DNA from: an uncultured Porphyromonadaceae bacterium
GTDB lineage: Bacteria > Bacteroidota > Bacteroidia > Bacteroidales > Muribaculaceae
DNA: 64,000 nucleotides
Direction of reading: 5' to 3'
NCBI GenBank assembly: GCA_947177035.1
Contig: CAMWSS010000009.1
Location: 1,566 to 65,565, forward strand
The notes under the pieces are model-generated. The model worked only from the letters and a program-made list of their open reading frames with translations, was not told the origin of the DNA and searched no databases. This document shows, piece after piece, positions 35,618 to 44,559 of the stretch; position 1 is the first letter of the stretch, and every line of letters begins with the position of its first letter. The translations under genes and the position numbers were made by a program.

Positions 35618-37320
35618 ACTTTCCGCGCCGGCTTCTGATCACGGCCATCATCGCTCTTCAAGCTCTGACGTCCATGGCCATAGGCCGTGGATTCGGCTCG
35701 GATCTGTCGTCGGCGGAAGGTGTGCTCCAGCAACATCTCGATTCACTGTCGCTGGCCACCACAGCGTCAGACAGCATTGACATTATCTATGGCATGTTCG
35801 ACATGCTCCCGCCCGACAGACGTCCGGCAATGGGCCACGAACTGTATCGGCTGATCAAAGCCGAAGAAGGCTATGAAGGCGCCCTCGGAGTTTTGCGTCT
35901 GCTGACCCTTATATACAAGGACAACTCCGAAGCGCTGAATGCCATCATACACGAAATGAGAGGAATGCCTGAGTCCGACGAGCTTCAGGAGTCCATTCTT
36001 TTCGCCAGAATCTATCTGGCGGCCAATCAGGCGCGCGGCGAAAGCCCCGAGAGCCTGCGCGAAAAGATCACCGCCCTGATCACCGTCGACCAGAACCACA
36101 TCTCAGACCATTACGAGCGGCTGCTCCATATGTTCACAGTGTGTATGTATGTGCGCGAAATGACCCACGGCCCACTGCTGGCCGAGAACCTGCGCTATCT
36201 CAACCGCGAACTGCGCCACAGGCCACTCTCCACCTATGCCATACGCCGGCAATATGCCGACATGAAGGCCCAGATCTTCACCGAAAACGACGAAGCGGCC
36301 GATGCCGTCGAAGCAGACCGCGAGCTGCTGGCAGTGATCAACGGCATGGATTCGGAATATCGCGCCAGAGAACGAAGGCACTTGGCACTGCACTGGTTCC
36401 GCTATCGGGCATACACCCGTATGCTTCGCAACTTCGACGCCATATCCGACGAAGAGGCCCGGCGCTATTATGCTGAACTGAACGCGCTGGCCGATTCTCT
36501 TCCTGAAGTGCGCGCCGTCTACAACAGCTTCCGCTACCCCGATATTTTCTATCTGCTGAAAACCGGCAACCATGCCGCAGCTCTGCCTTTGCTGAAAAAG
36601 GCGCTCACCACCGAATCCGACATCTCACGCCGGCGCTTTCTGCTCAGACAGCTCATCGACGCGGCCCGCCAAACCGGCGACGACGCTCTGGCCCTGGCCT
36701 CGGTGACGGAATACAATCCGCTGCTTGAAAACTACATTCAACAGAAAATCAAGGAAAGCGAACAGGAGATCACAGTGAGCCACAACCTTGCGTCCGTGCG
36801 CAAGCAAGCCCTTGAAAATGAGCTGGAAATGCGCCGCGAGAAAGGCCATCGCCGCAACATCGCCCTTATCTGTTCGGCAATAGCCCTGGCATTGGCCCTG
36901 GCGGCCCTGATCCAGCTCAACATCATGATCAACCGCTGCCGCCACACCGAAAGCCAGCTGCGCAACACCAACAGCCATCTGACCCAGCGGCGCAACATCC
37001 TGAAAAACAGCACCGACGAAATGCTTCAGGCAGTCAATGAAGCCGAAAAGGCTCAACGCGACAAAACCACATTCATCCGATATATCTCCTCGACAATCTC
37101 CCTGTCGCTCTCCTCGATAATGGAATACGCCCATAAAATCATCAACGCCTCCGACCAGGATGAAACCTGCCGGCGCATTCTCCATCGGTTTGCCGAAGTC
37201 ATAGAAGACAATTCCGAACATCTGCGCCGATCCGCACGACATCTGAAAGCCCTGTCGCATGGAGAAGAATTCAGGCAGAACGGCGGCAAGGAGACTTTCA
37301 AACCGGATTCCGACAAATGA
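35614..37320 (+). CDS. Histidine-kinase paralogue lacking both the phospho-acceptor His and the ATPase domain (signal peptide, helical sensor domain, TM, coiled coil, degenerate DHp)
   Basis: Collinear with the 41247..43337 kinase. Its H-box position reads FIRYISSTISLSL, and the protein ends about 60 aa later. The ATG overlaps the rluA stop (ATGA). Confidence 0.75.
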   Translation: MNFPRRLLITAIIALQALTSMAIGRGFGSDLSSAEGVLQQHLDSLSLATTASDSIDIIYGMFDMLPPDRRPAMGHELYRLIKAEEGYEGALGVLRLLTLIYKDNSEALNAIIHEMRGMPESDELQESILFARIYLAANQARGESPESLREKITALITVDQNHISDHYERLLHMFTVCMYVREMTHGPLLAENLRYLNRELRHRPLSTYAIRRQYADMKAQIFTENDEAADAVEADRELLAVINGMDSEYRARERRHLALHWFRYRAYTRMLRNFDAISDEEARRYYAELNALADSLPEVRAVYNSFRYPDIFYLLKTGNHAAALPLLKKALTTESDISRRRFLLRQLIDAARQTGDDALALASVTEYNPLLENYIQQKIKESEQEITVSHNLASVRKQALENELEMRREKGHRRNIALICSAIALALALAALIQLNIMINRCRHTESQLRNTNSHLTQRRNILKNSTDEMLQAVNEAEKAQRDKTTFIRYISSTISLSLSSIMEYAHKIINASDQDETCRRILHRFAEVIEDNSEHLRRSARHLKALSHGEEFRQNGGKETFKPDSDK

Positions 37321-38990
37321 CGATGATGAAAGCAGGACGCCGACATATGATCCCGCGGATGGTTCTGGCGCTGCTTCTGGCGCTGGCCACTCCGGCCATG
37401 CGTGGCTCGGTCCACAAGATGGCACAGCCCGACACCCGCCTCAGGATGATCGAATCGCTGCCAGGCGCCCGGACAGCGACCGACAGCATCACCCTGCTCT
37501 ACAATATCTATGACCTTTCGTCAGGCGCGGCGGCCGACTCCGCCGCCAAACAGATCTATCGCGTGGCCCGCGCCAACCGTTACGACGAAGTGGCTCTCGA
37601 CATTCTCAGAGACATGGCTCAGGTCCACTCCGACAATGACTCCATACTCGCCCGCATACAGACGATAGCCGAAAACGAGTTTCCGGAAAGCAACCTGCAG
37701 AAGGAGACCATAATCTTCGTGAAAATATACCGCACATATCTCGAAACGGCCTACACTCCTGAAAAAGAGCTGAAAGAGAAGATCAGACAGATCATCAGCC
37801 GATATGGCGGATCATATTCCACCGACCCTTACGAACGCCTGATGCAGCAGTTTCTCCAGTGCATCTTCATCAGCCACGAAACACAGGGCACACTGCTGAA
37901 CCAATACATCAACGCCCTGGAGCGACAGCTGCGCAACATCCCGCGGCAATCCGACAAACTCACCGCGCGCCTATACCGCCAGAAAGCCTACTCATATACC
38001 GTCAATTCCGACTATAATCGCGCAGTGGAAGCCGACCGCAAACTGCTTGAGCTATACGACAAAATCGAGCGAGTCAACGCGGCCCAGGGGCGTCCTTACA
38101 GAAACCTTGACCGTTTCCGTCTCGGCTCGCTCACGCGCATGCTCTCCAACTATCCAGCGCTGAACGTCGGCGAGGCCGACAGCATCTATCTCGCCATCAA
38201 CCACATCAAGGCCAAGAATCCGTCATTGCAGTCCGACGGGAAAACGGACCAGGCAAAAATATTCGTCGACATGGCCCACGGCAACTATGCCGCCGCACTC
38301 GAACCGCTGCGGGCTTTGGCCGCCACCGAACTCGACCACATAGAGCGCCGGCATCTTCTCAAACAACTGATGATCGCCGCTGAAAACTGCGGCCGCGAAG
38401 ACGTGCTGCTGGAAGCGTCGGCCTCCTATGCCCGACAGATCGAAGCATATATCGACTCGAAAATGAGCGAATGCCTGCGTGAACTCCAGATAATCTTCGA
38501 CGTTGACCGCCTGCGCACCGACTCAGTGACCAGCGAGCTTCAGATCCAGAACGAAGTTGGCCACCGGCGCACCCTGATGCTGAAGATAATGGTGGCGCTC
38601 GCAATGACATCGGCCGCGCTCCTTGTGACCTTCATCATCCTCTACAGACGCTTCCGCCGCCTGTCGGAGCATCTGAAAACGGCCAACAAACGCCTCATTA
38701 CACAACATGAGGAACTTCACTCCCGCTCCGAAGAACTGCGCGCGGCCATAGCCGAGGCCACATATGCCGAACAGCAGAAAGCGTCGTTCATCCGCTACAT
38801 CTCGTCGACCCTGCTGTTGCCGCTGCACTCGCTTATGGAATATTCCCAGAAACTGATCGACTCATCGCGCGGAGACGCCAAGCCCTTCCTGCAACGCTTC
38901 GGCGAGGTGGTGCGCGAAAACTCCGAACAGCTACAAAACTTTGCCGCCCGCCTGCTCAGACTCTCACGTCAGGATCACGACACAGACTGA
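37317..38990 (+). CDS. Second histidine-kinase paralogue lacking the His and the ATPase domain
   Basis: Same architecture as 35614..37320. Its H-box position reads FIRYISSTLLLPL. The ATG overlaps the preceding stop (ATGA). Confidence 0.75.
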   Translation: MTMMKAGRRHMIPRMVLALLLALATPAMRGSVHKMAQPDTRLRMIESLPGARTATDSITLLYNIYDLSSGAAADSAAKQIYRVARANRYDEVALDILRDMAQVHSDNDSILARIQTIAENEFPESNLQKETIIFVKIYRTYLETAYTPEKELKEKIRQIISRYGGSYSTDPYERLMQQFLQCIFISHETQGTLLNQYINALERQLRNIPRQSDKLTARLYRQKAYSYTVNSDYNRAVEADRKLLELYDKIERVNAAQGRPYRNLDRFRLGSLTRMLSNYPALNVGEADSIYLAINHIKAKNPSLQSDGKTDQAKIFVDMAHGNYAAALEPLRALAATELDHIERRHLLKQLMIAAENCGREDVLLEASASYARQIEAYIDSKMSECLRELQIIFDVDRLRTDSVTSELQIQNEVGHRRTLMLKIMVALAMTSAALLVTFIILYRRFRRLSEHLKTANKRLITQHEELHSRSEELRAAIAEATYAEQQKASFIRYISSTLLLPLHSLMEYSQKLIDSSRGDAKPFLQRFGEVVRENSEQLQNFAARLLRLSRQDHDTD

Positions 38991-39049
38991 CAACACAGCC
39001 CTGACACGCCGCGGTTAAAGAATAATTTGGCAATGTGGGAAAAAAGGGT

Positions 39050-39057
39050 TATCTTTG
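39050..39057 (+). promoter_or_regulatory. -7 promoter box (TATCTTTG) for greA
   Basis: Exact match 89 nt upstream of ATG 39147. Confidence 0.5.
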
Positions 39058-39073
39058 CAGTGTAATCACAACG

Positions 39074-39116
39074 GAATCCCGCCAAGAACCACTCGGCCGG
39101 GGTTCATTATTTTTTA
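39074..39116 (+). terminator. Intrinsic-terminator-like hairpin plus U-tract inside the greA leader
   Basis: GAATCCCGCC / GGCCGGGGTTC: 10 bp with one bulge and one G:U pair, an 11-nt loop, then ATTATTTTTTA. It lies between the -7 box and the greA ATG. Confidence 0.55.
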
Positions 39117-39146
39117 TCTCTCAAAAAAACTAAAAAACTAATTGCC

Positions 39147-39617
39147 ATGGCAATAACCTACATGACCAAAGAGGGCTACAAGAAAAAAATGGAAGAGATA
39201 GCCTATCTTGAATCCGTGGAACGCCCCAGAATATCGGCTGCCATAGCTGAAGCACGCGACAAGGGTGACCTTTCGGAGAATGCCGAATATGATGCCGCGA
39301 AAGAGGCACAGGGCATGCTCGAAATGAAAATCGCCCAGCTGAAGGATCTTGTGGCCAACGCACGCATCCTCGACGAAAGCAAGCTCAACACCGAAGAAGT
39401 GCAGATCATGAACTGCGTCACTATAAAGAATCTGGCCAACGGAATGACAATGGAATACACCATTGTGGCTGACTCAGAGGCCAATCTGAAAGAGAAGAAA
39501 ATCGGCACTTCCACCCCGATCGCCAAAGGCCTGCTCGGCCACAAGACCGGCGATGTCGTGGAAATCACCGTGCCTGCCGGCCTGATGAAATTTGAAATAG
39601 TCAAAATCTCGTTCTGA
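39147..39617 (+). CDS. greA: Transcription elongation factor GreA
   Basis: 156 aa. The coiled-coil N-terminus carries DLSENAEYDAAKE. The C-terminal FKBP-like domain is present. Confidence 0.95.
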   Translation: MAITYMTKEGYKKKMEEIAYLESVERPRISAAIAEARDKGDLSENAEYDAAKEAQGMLEMKIAQLKDLVANARILDESKLNTEEVQIMNCVTIKNLANGMTMEYTIVADSEANLKEKKIGTSTPIAKGLLGHKTGDVVEITVPAGLMKFEIVKISF

Positions 39618-39637
39618 CCATAGTCAATTCTGTCCAT

Positions 39638-40024
39638 ATGAGCATTTTTTCAAAGATCGCCGCAGGCGAAATTCCGTCATACAAGGTGGCTGAAGATGCC
39701 GGACATTTCGCATTTCTCGACATCAACCCCATGGCGCCCGGACACACTCTGGTGATTCCGCGCCGTGAGGTGGACTATCTTTTTGATCTCCCGGCCGACG
39801 AATATGCCGCGCTGATGGAATTTGCCCGCAATGTGGCCTTAAAAATGAAGAAAGCCCTTCCGTGCAAGCGCATCGGAGTGGCGGTGCTTGGCATGGAAGT
39901 GCCTCACGCCCACATTCATCTGGTGCCGCTCCAGAGCGAGGCCGACATGGATTTCCGCGCGCCGAAGCTGAATCTTCCGGCCGAAGAGATGAAACGTATC
40001 GCCGACGCCATAGCAAAAGCCTGA
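39638..40024 (+). CDS. HIT-family (histidine triad) nucleotide hydrolase
   Basis: HAHIHLVP triad and the N-terminal IFSKIAAGEIPSYKV. Confidence 0.85.
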   Translation: MSIFSKIAAGEIPSYKVAEDAGHFAFLDINPMAPGHTLVIPRREVDYLFDLPADEYAALMEFARNVALKMKKALPCKRIGVAVLGMEVPHAHIHLVPLQSEADMDFRAPKLNLPAEEMKRIADAIAKA

Positions 40025-40025
40025 A

Positions 40026-41243
40026 ATGGCCGACATATACCAACTGCGCCGCCGCGGCACCGTGATCTTTCTGATCATCACGGTGGCCGTGGTGGCTGTG
40101 TTTTTGTGGATCAGCAACTCGCTTGTGAGAGATCTGGCCGCCCAGGAGCGCCAGCGGATGGAGATCTGGGCCGATGCCACCCGCGAGATCGTGAGCGCCG
40201 ATCCGTTCGGACCGACAGCAGGCACCGACATCAACTTTCTGCTCAAGATCATCGAGGCCAACCGCACGATTCCGGTGCTGGTGACCAACGATGCCGACAG
40301 CATTCTGCAACAGCGCAATTTCGATCTGCCGGAACCGACACAGTCGTTGCCGCCATGGGTGATCACTCCGGCCAACAAGGAGTTTCTGCACCGCAAGCTG
40401 GTCGAAATGAAGAAGGCGACCGACAACGTAATCCACTTCGACATCGCTCCCGGCGAAGTCCAGCATCTTTACTATGAGGACTCCCGCCTTCTGCAACGCC
40501 TGAGCCTGTATCCCTACGTGCAGCTCGCGGTGATGATAGCCTTTGTGGCGGTGGTCTACTATGCCGTCACCTCAAGCAAGCGCGCGGAGCAGAACAAGGT
40601 GTGGGCCGGACTCAGCAAGGAAACCGCCCATCAGCTCGGCACCCCGATTTCGTCGCTGATGGCCTGGACGGAGATTCTGCCGAATTATGGCGTGGACGCC
40701 GAGACCATGACAGAGATCAACAAGGACGTGCACAGACTCCACACCATAGCGTCGCGCTTCGGAAAAATAGGATCGGAACCGGCCATGGAGCACGCCGACC
40801 TGAACCGGGTGGTTGATTGTGCCGCCGACTATATGAGAGCGCGCATTTCGCGTGCAGTCAGTTTTGAGGTCGCTCTCTGTCAGGAGGCTCTGCCTGTGCG
40901 CCTGAGCGCACCACTGATCGAATGGGTGATGGAGAATCTGATCAAGAATGCCGTCGATGCCATGGAAGGCCACGGGCGGCTGAAAATCACCACTCTCCGT
41001 GAGGGCGACCAAGCGGTCATCGAGGTGACCGACAGCGGCCGCGGCATAGCGCGCCGTGATTTCAACTCTATTTTCAATCCGGGTTTCACGACCAAGAGCC
41101 GCGGATGGGGCCTCGGGCTGACTCTTGCCCGAAGAATCGTGAAGCAATATCACAGCGGACGCATATTCGTCAAGCATTCCGAGCCGGGGGCGGGCACCAC
41201 ATTCCGCGTCGAGCTGCGCCTGCAACCGTCGTCACCGCAGTGA
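40026..41243 (+). CDS. Two-TM sensor histidine kinase
   Basis: H-box ETAHQLGTPISSLMAW, N-box ENLIKNAVDA, G-boxes DSGRGI and GWGLGLTLA. Confidence 0.8.
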   Translation: MADIYQLRRRGTVIFLIITVAVVAVFLWISNSLVRDLAAQERQRMEIWADATREIVSADPFGPTAGTDINFLLKIIEANRTIPVLVTNDADSILQQRNFDLPEPTQSLPPWVITPANKEFLHRKLVEMKKATDNVIHFDIAPGEVQHLYYEDSRLLQRLSLYPYVQLAVMIAFVAVVYYAVTSSKRAEQNKVWAGLSKETAHQLGTPISSLMAWTEILPNYGVDAETMTEINKDVHRLHTIASRFGKIGSEPAMEHADLNRVVDCAADYMRARISRAVSFEVALCQEALPVRLSAPLIEWVMENLIKNAVDAMEGHGRLKITTLREGDQAVIEVTDSGRGIARRDFNSIFNPGFTTKSRGWGLGLTLARRIVKQYHSGRIFVKHSEPGAGTTFRVELRLQPSSPQ

Positions 41244-41246
41244 GAG

Positions 41247-43337
41247 TCAGCGGGGTATGGTGAAGATGAATCTCGCGCCGCCGGTGTAGGCGGTGTCGAG
41301 TTCCACGCTTCCGTGGAGCAGCGTGGCTATCAGCCGACACACCGGAAGACCGAGTCCATGACCTGACGAACTGTCGTCGGTGGTGAAACGGTTGAAAATT
41401 GTCTCCTCCTTGCCTTCGGGAACACCGCAACCGGTGTCGGTGACGGTGAACTTCACCTGATCGGGCATGATTTCATAGTCGAGCGTTATGGTGCCTGATT
41501 CCGTGAATTTGGCCGCATTGTTCAGCAGATTCAGCAGAACAACCTGAAGACGGTATGGATCGGTTTCGATCAGCACCGGCTCGGCATCTTTTTTCGGGAA
41601 CCGCAGGCTGACACCGGGCTTCAGATTGATTTTCACATTATCGAGCGAGAGCAGGCAGATTGACTTGATGTCGGTCGGCCGGATCTTCACCGTCATGCGC
41701 GTTGACTCCAGAAGCGAAAAATCCTGAAGATCCAGCACAAACGACTGGAGCATCAGGGTGTTGAGCTGCACCACACGCGAAAAATGGCTGAGATAATCAC
41801 GGCGGCTTTCGTCGGTGGAGTCGATGATCATCTGCGAATATTCGGTGATGGTGTTCAGCGGCGTTATGATTTCGTGACTTATATAGTTGATGAAATCCGT
41901 TTTGTTTTTTTCCGCCTCGCTGGCCTTGTCGCGCGCCGCGATAAGCCTGTCGCGCGTCGACCTGAGCACCTCGCTCTCGTGTTCGAGTTCGCGGTTTGAC
42001 TGCTTCAGGCTGGCCGACAGTCGCTTGAACCTGCGAAACAGCCCGACAAAGACCATCGCCACAATGATCAGGACGATCAAAGCGATCACGCTGATGTTGA
42101 TAACGATGTTTTTCAGCCGGTTGGATTCACGCTGACGTTCAAGTTCATTGACCGTGTTGCGGTCTTTCAGCCTGTTGACCTCATATATTATCTGCAATTC
42201 GCGATAGCGTTCGGCCGACTTGAGTTTGACAAAGTCTTCAAGCGATCTGGCATACTCCATTGATGTGGCAAGGCGTGCTTCAGAGTCGCCAAGCGCTTCG
42301 GCCGCCGTCATCATCAGTTGCAGATAATATCGGCGGCTGAATATGTCGGAACTCTTTTCAAGATTCGATTTTATGATCGGCATTGCCTTGGCATAGTCGC
42401 CGCGCTTCATGTAGATGCACATCTGCGGCTGGCGGTAATACTCCATGTCGGCACGCGCCGATTCATGCTTCGAAGCCACATCCTGAATCTGGCGGTAATA
42501 TTCTTCGGCCTCGCTGTCGGTCAGCGCCTGATAGTTTTTGAGAATTCTCCGGAGGCTGACATATCTGTTGAGGTCAAAGTTGCAGTACAGGCGTCCCTGC
42601 CGGCGATATTCCTCTTCCAGTTCATCCATTATGTCAAGCATCTTTCGGTCGGCTTCGATGGCTTTTCTGCTCTCGCCGTTGTTGGTATATGTGATTGCCT
42701 GCTGCAGATAGAGCCTGTTGCGTATCAGAAAGGTCGTGAGCGGCAGCATCGCCACATAGTGCTGAAGATCTGAGAAATACTCCATCAGCAGCTGTCCGTG
42801 TGTCTCGTTGCTGAGAAAGCTGCATATGGCAAAGAGCTGCGTCATCTGCTCATAAGGATCGTCGGCATCGCTCTTGCTGTATTCCTTGATCAGGTCGAGA
42901 ATTTTCTGCTGGCGCATATCCTCGGTCATCATCTTCGACATCTGTGCAGCCCGACAGACCCTGATGAACGCCAAGGTCTCCTTTTTGAGATTAGACTCCG
43001 GAAACGCCTTCATCCGGTCAAGCAGCCTGACCATCAGCGAGTCGTCGGCCTGATTGGCATTAGCCATCTGCCGGATCATGTCCATCACGACAGTGTCATT
43101 GCCGGTACGTTCGGCCAGAGCCATCAGCTGCGAGGCTGACTCGCTGCGTTCGCTGACGGAAGCTGAAAGGTCAAATATGTTGTAGAGAGCAATTATGCTG
43201 TCGGCAGAAGTCGTGACATTCGGCAAAGCAGTCATCAGGCTGTCGCGGATCTGCGTGCGCCTGAATCCGGACGCATCAGCCCCTATGGCGCATAAAGCGC
43301 ACATTAACAACACTATCAATGCTTTATACCTATACAT
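41247..43337 (-). CDS. Full-length sensor histidine kinase, parent-type paralogue of 35614..38990
   Basis: Signal peptide, helical periplasmic domain and TM. H-box FINYISHEIITPLNTITEY, N-box NLLNNAAKF, then DTGCGVP and GHGLGLPV. Confidence 0.85.
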   Translation of the reverse strand: MYRYKALIVLLMCALCAIGADASGFRRTQIRDSLMTALPNVTTSADSIIALYNIFDLSASVSERSESASQLMALAERTGNDTVVMDMIRQMANANQADDSLMVRLLDRMKAFPESNLKKETLAFIRVCRAAQMSKMMTEDMRQQKILDLIKEYSKSDADDPYEQMTQLFAICSFLSNETHGQLLMEYFSDLQHYVAMLPLTTFLIRNRLYLQQAITYTNNGESRKAIEADRKMLDIMDELEEEYRRQGRLYCNFDLNRYVSLRRILKNYQALTDSEAEEYYRQIQDVASKHESARADMEYYRQPQMCIYMKRGDYAKAMPIIKSNLEKSSDIFSRRYYLQLMMTAAEALGDSEARLATSMEYARSLEDFVKLKSAERYRELQIIYEVNRLKDRNTVNELERQRESNRLKNIVINISVIALIVLIIVAMVFVGLFRRFKRLSASLKQSNRELEHESEVLRSTRDRLIAARDKASEAEKNKTDFINYISHEIITPLNTITEYSQMIIDSTDESRRDYLSHFSRVVQLNTLMLQSFVLDLQDFSLLESTRMTVKIRPTDIKSICLLSLDNVKINLKPGVSLRFPKKDAEPVLIETDPYRLQVVLLNLLNNAAKFTESGTITLDYEIMPDQVKFTVTDTGCGVPEGKEETIFNRFTTDDSSSGHGLGLPVCRLIATLLHGSVELDTAYTGGARFIFTIPR

Positions 43338-43389
43338 CTTTTCATTCCACAGTAAAAGACCATTGCATGGTCAGGTTACAATCGTGAAA

Positions 43390-43397
43390 CAAAAGTA
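43390..43397 (-). promoter_or_regulatory. -7 promoter box (TACTTTTG on the minus strand) for the 41247..43337 kinase
   Basis: Exact match 52 nt upstream of ATG 43337. Confidence 0.5.
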
Positions 43398-43493
43398 GAC
43401 ATATTTTCATTACAAACCAAATAAAATTGGAACTATTTTGTGACATGACTGAAAAATGCCGTATATCCTACAATAAATATTCAGAATTTTGCG

Positions 43494-43501
43494 TAACTTT
43501 G
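43494..43501 (+). promoter_or_regulatory. -7 promoter box (TAACTTTG)
   Basis: Exact match 9 nt before ATG 43511. The mRNA is either leaderless or the true start is the in-frame ATG 43532. Confidence 0.45.
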
Positions 43502-43510
43502 CATTGATAT

Positions 43511-44062
43511 ATGCTCAGCTATTTACGGCATATGATTCAACTCATCCTCTCTCCCGCGCGTGGATGGGAGGATGTTGCCGCTCACCCCATACCCAGGAGT
43601 GAGGCGTTTCGCCGTGGCCTTATGCCCCTGATCGCGACATCGGGCCTGTCGGTGCTGTTTCGCGCGCTCTATCAGATCCATACGTCGTTTATCCATCTGA
43701 TTCCATACGCCGTTATCGGATTTCTGCAATATTTTCTCACATATCTGATAGCGCAGGTGGTTCTCACGGCTTATCTGCCGCGCATCACTTCCGACGGACG
43801 GGTCGACGAATACCGGCTGACCGTTTTCCTGTGTTTCGCCGTCGGGCTGATGAGCATGATCGGCATCCTGTCCAATCTGATGCCCATGACTCTGACTCTG
43901 GTCGAGTTTCTGCCGCTATATGTTGCGGTGGTCATGTTCAAGGGACGCGAATATCTTGGCGTCCGCTCCGACGTGGTCGGCGGCTATGCCGGCGCGACGG
44001 TGCTGTCAGTGATCATGCCGGTCTTTCTTTTCGAGTTCATACTCAACAAATTCATCTTATGA
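43511..44062 (+). CDS. Yip1/DUF1282-like integral membrane protein
   Basis: 183 aa with about 5 TM helices and the N-terminal [11 protein letters not shown] motif. Alternative start at 43532. Confidence 0.45.
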   Translation: MLSYLRHMIQLILSPARGWEDVAAHPIPRSEAFRRGLMPLIATSGLSVLFRALYQIHTSFIHLIPYAVIGFLQYFLTYLIAQVVLTAYLPRITSDGRVDEYRLTVFLCFAVGLMSMIGILSNLMPMTLTLVEFLPLYVAVVMFKGREYLGVRSDVVGGYAGATVLSVIMPVFLFEFILNKFIL

Positions 44063-44511
44063 AATTCAAGGAAATCAACATAAAAAACCGACGTGCCACT
44101 TTTGACTATGCCATCGGTGACACCTTCACCGCCGGACTGGTTCTGACCGGCACGGAAATCAAATCGATACGCCTGGGAAAGGCGTCGCTCACCGACACAT
44201 TCTGCTATGTGGAACGCGGCGAAGTGTGGGTTAAAAACATGTATATAGCCGAATATTTCTACGGCACCTACAACAACCACCTCGAACGCCGCGACCGCAA
44301 ACTTCTGCTCAACCGCAAGGAGATCCGCCAGCTGGAAAAAGAGAGCCAGACGGCCGGTTTCACCATCGTGCCGCTCAGACTGTTCATCAACGAACGCGGC
44401 CTGGCCAAACTTGTGGTCGGCATAGGCAAGGGCAAAAAGGAGTACGACAAACGCCAGAGCATCAAAGAGCGCGACGACAAGCGCTCAATGGCGCGCTTCT
44501 TCCAGAAATAG
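44059..44511 (+). CDS. smpB: SsrA-binding protein SmpB
   Basis: [29 protein letters not shown]. The ATG overlaps the preceding stop (ATGA). Confidence 0.93.
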   Translation: MKFKEINIKNRRATFDYAIGDTFTAGLVLTGTEIKSIRLGKASLTDTFCYVERGEVWVKNMYIAEYFYGTYNNHLERRDRKLLLNRKEIRQLEKESQTAGFTIVPLRLFINERGLAKLVVGIGKGKKEYDKRQSIKERDDKRSMARFFQK

Positions 44512-44559
44512 CAGAATCAACATCCCACCACCACCCTCTTTACTCACAAATACTGAATC

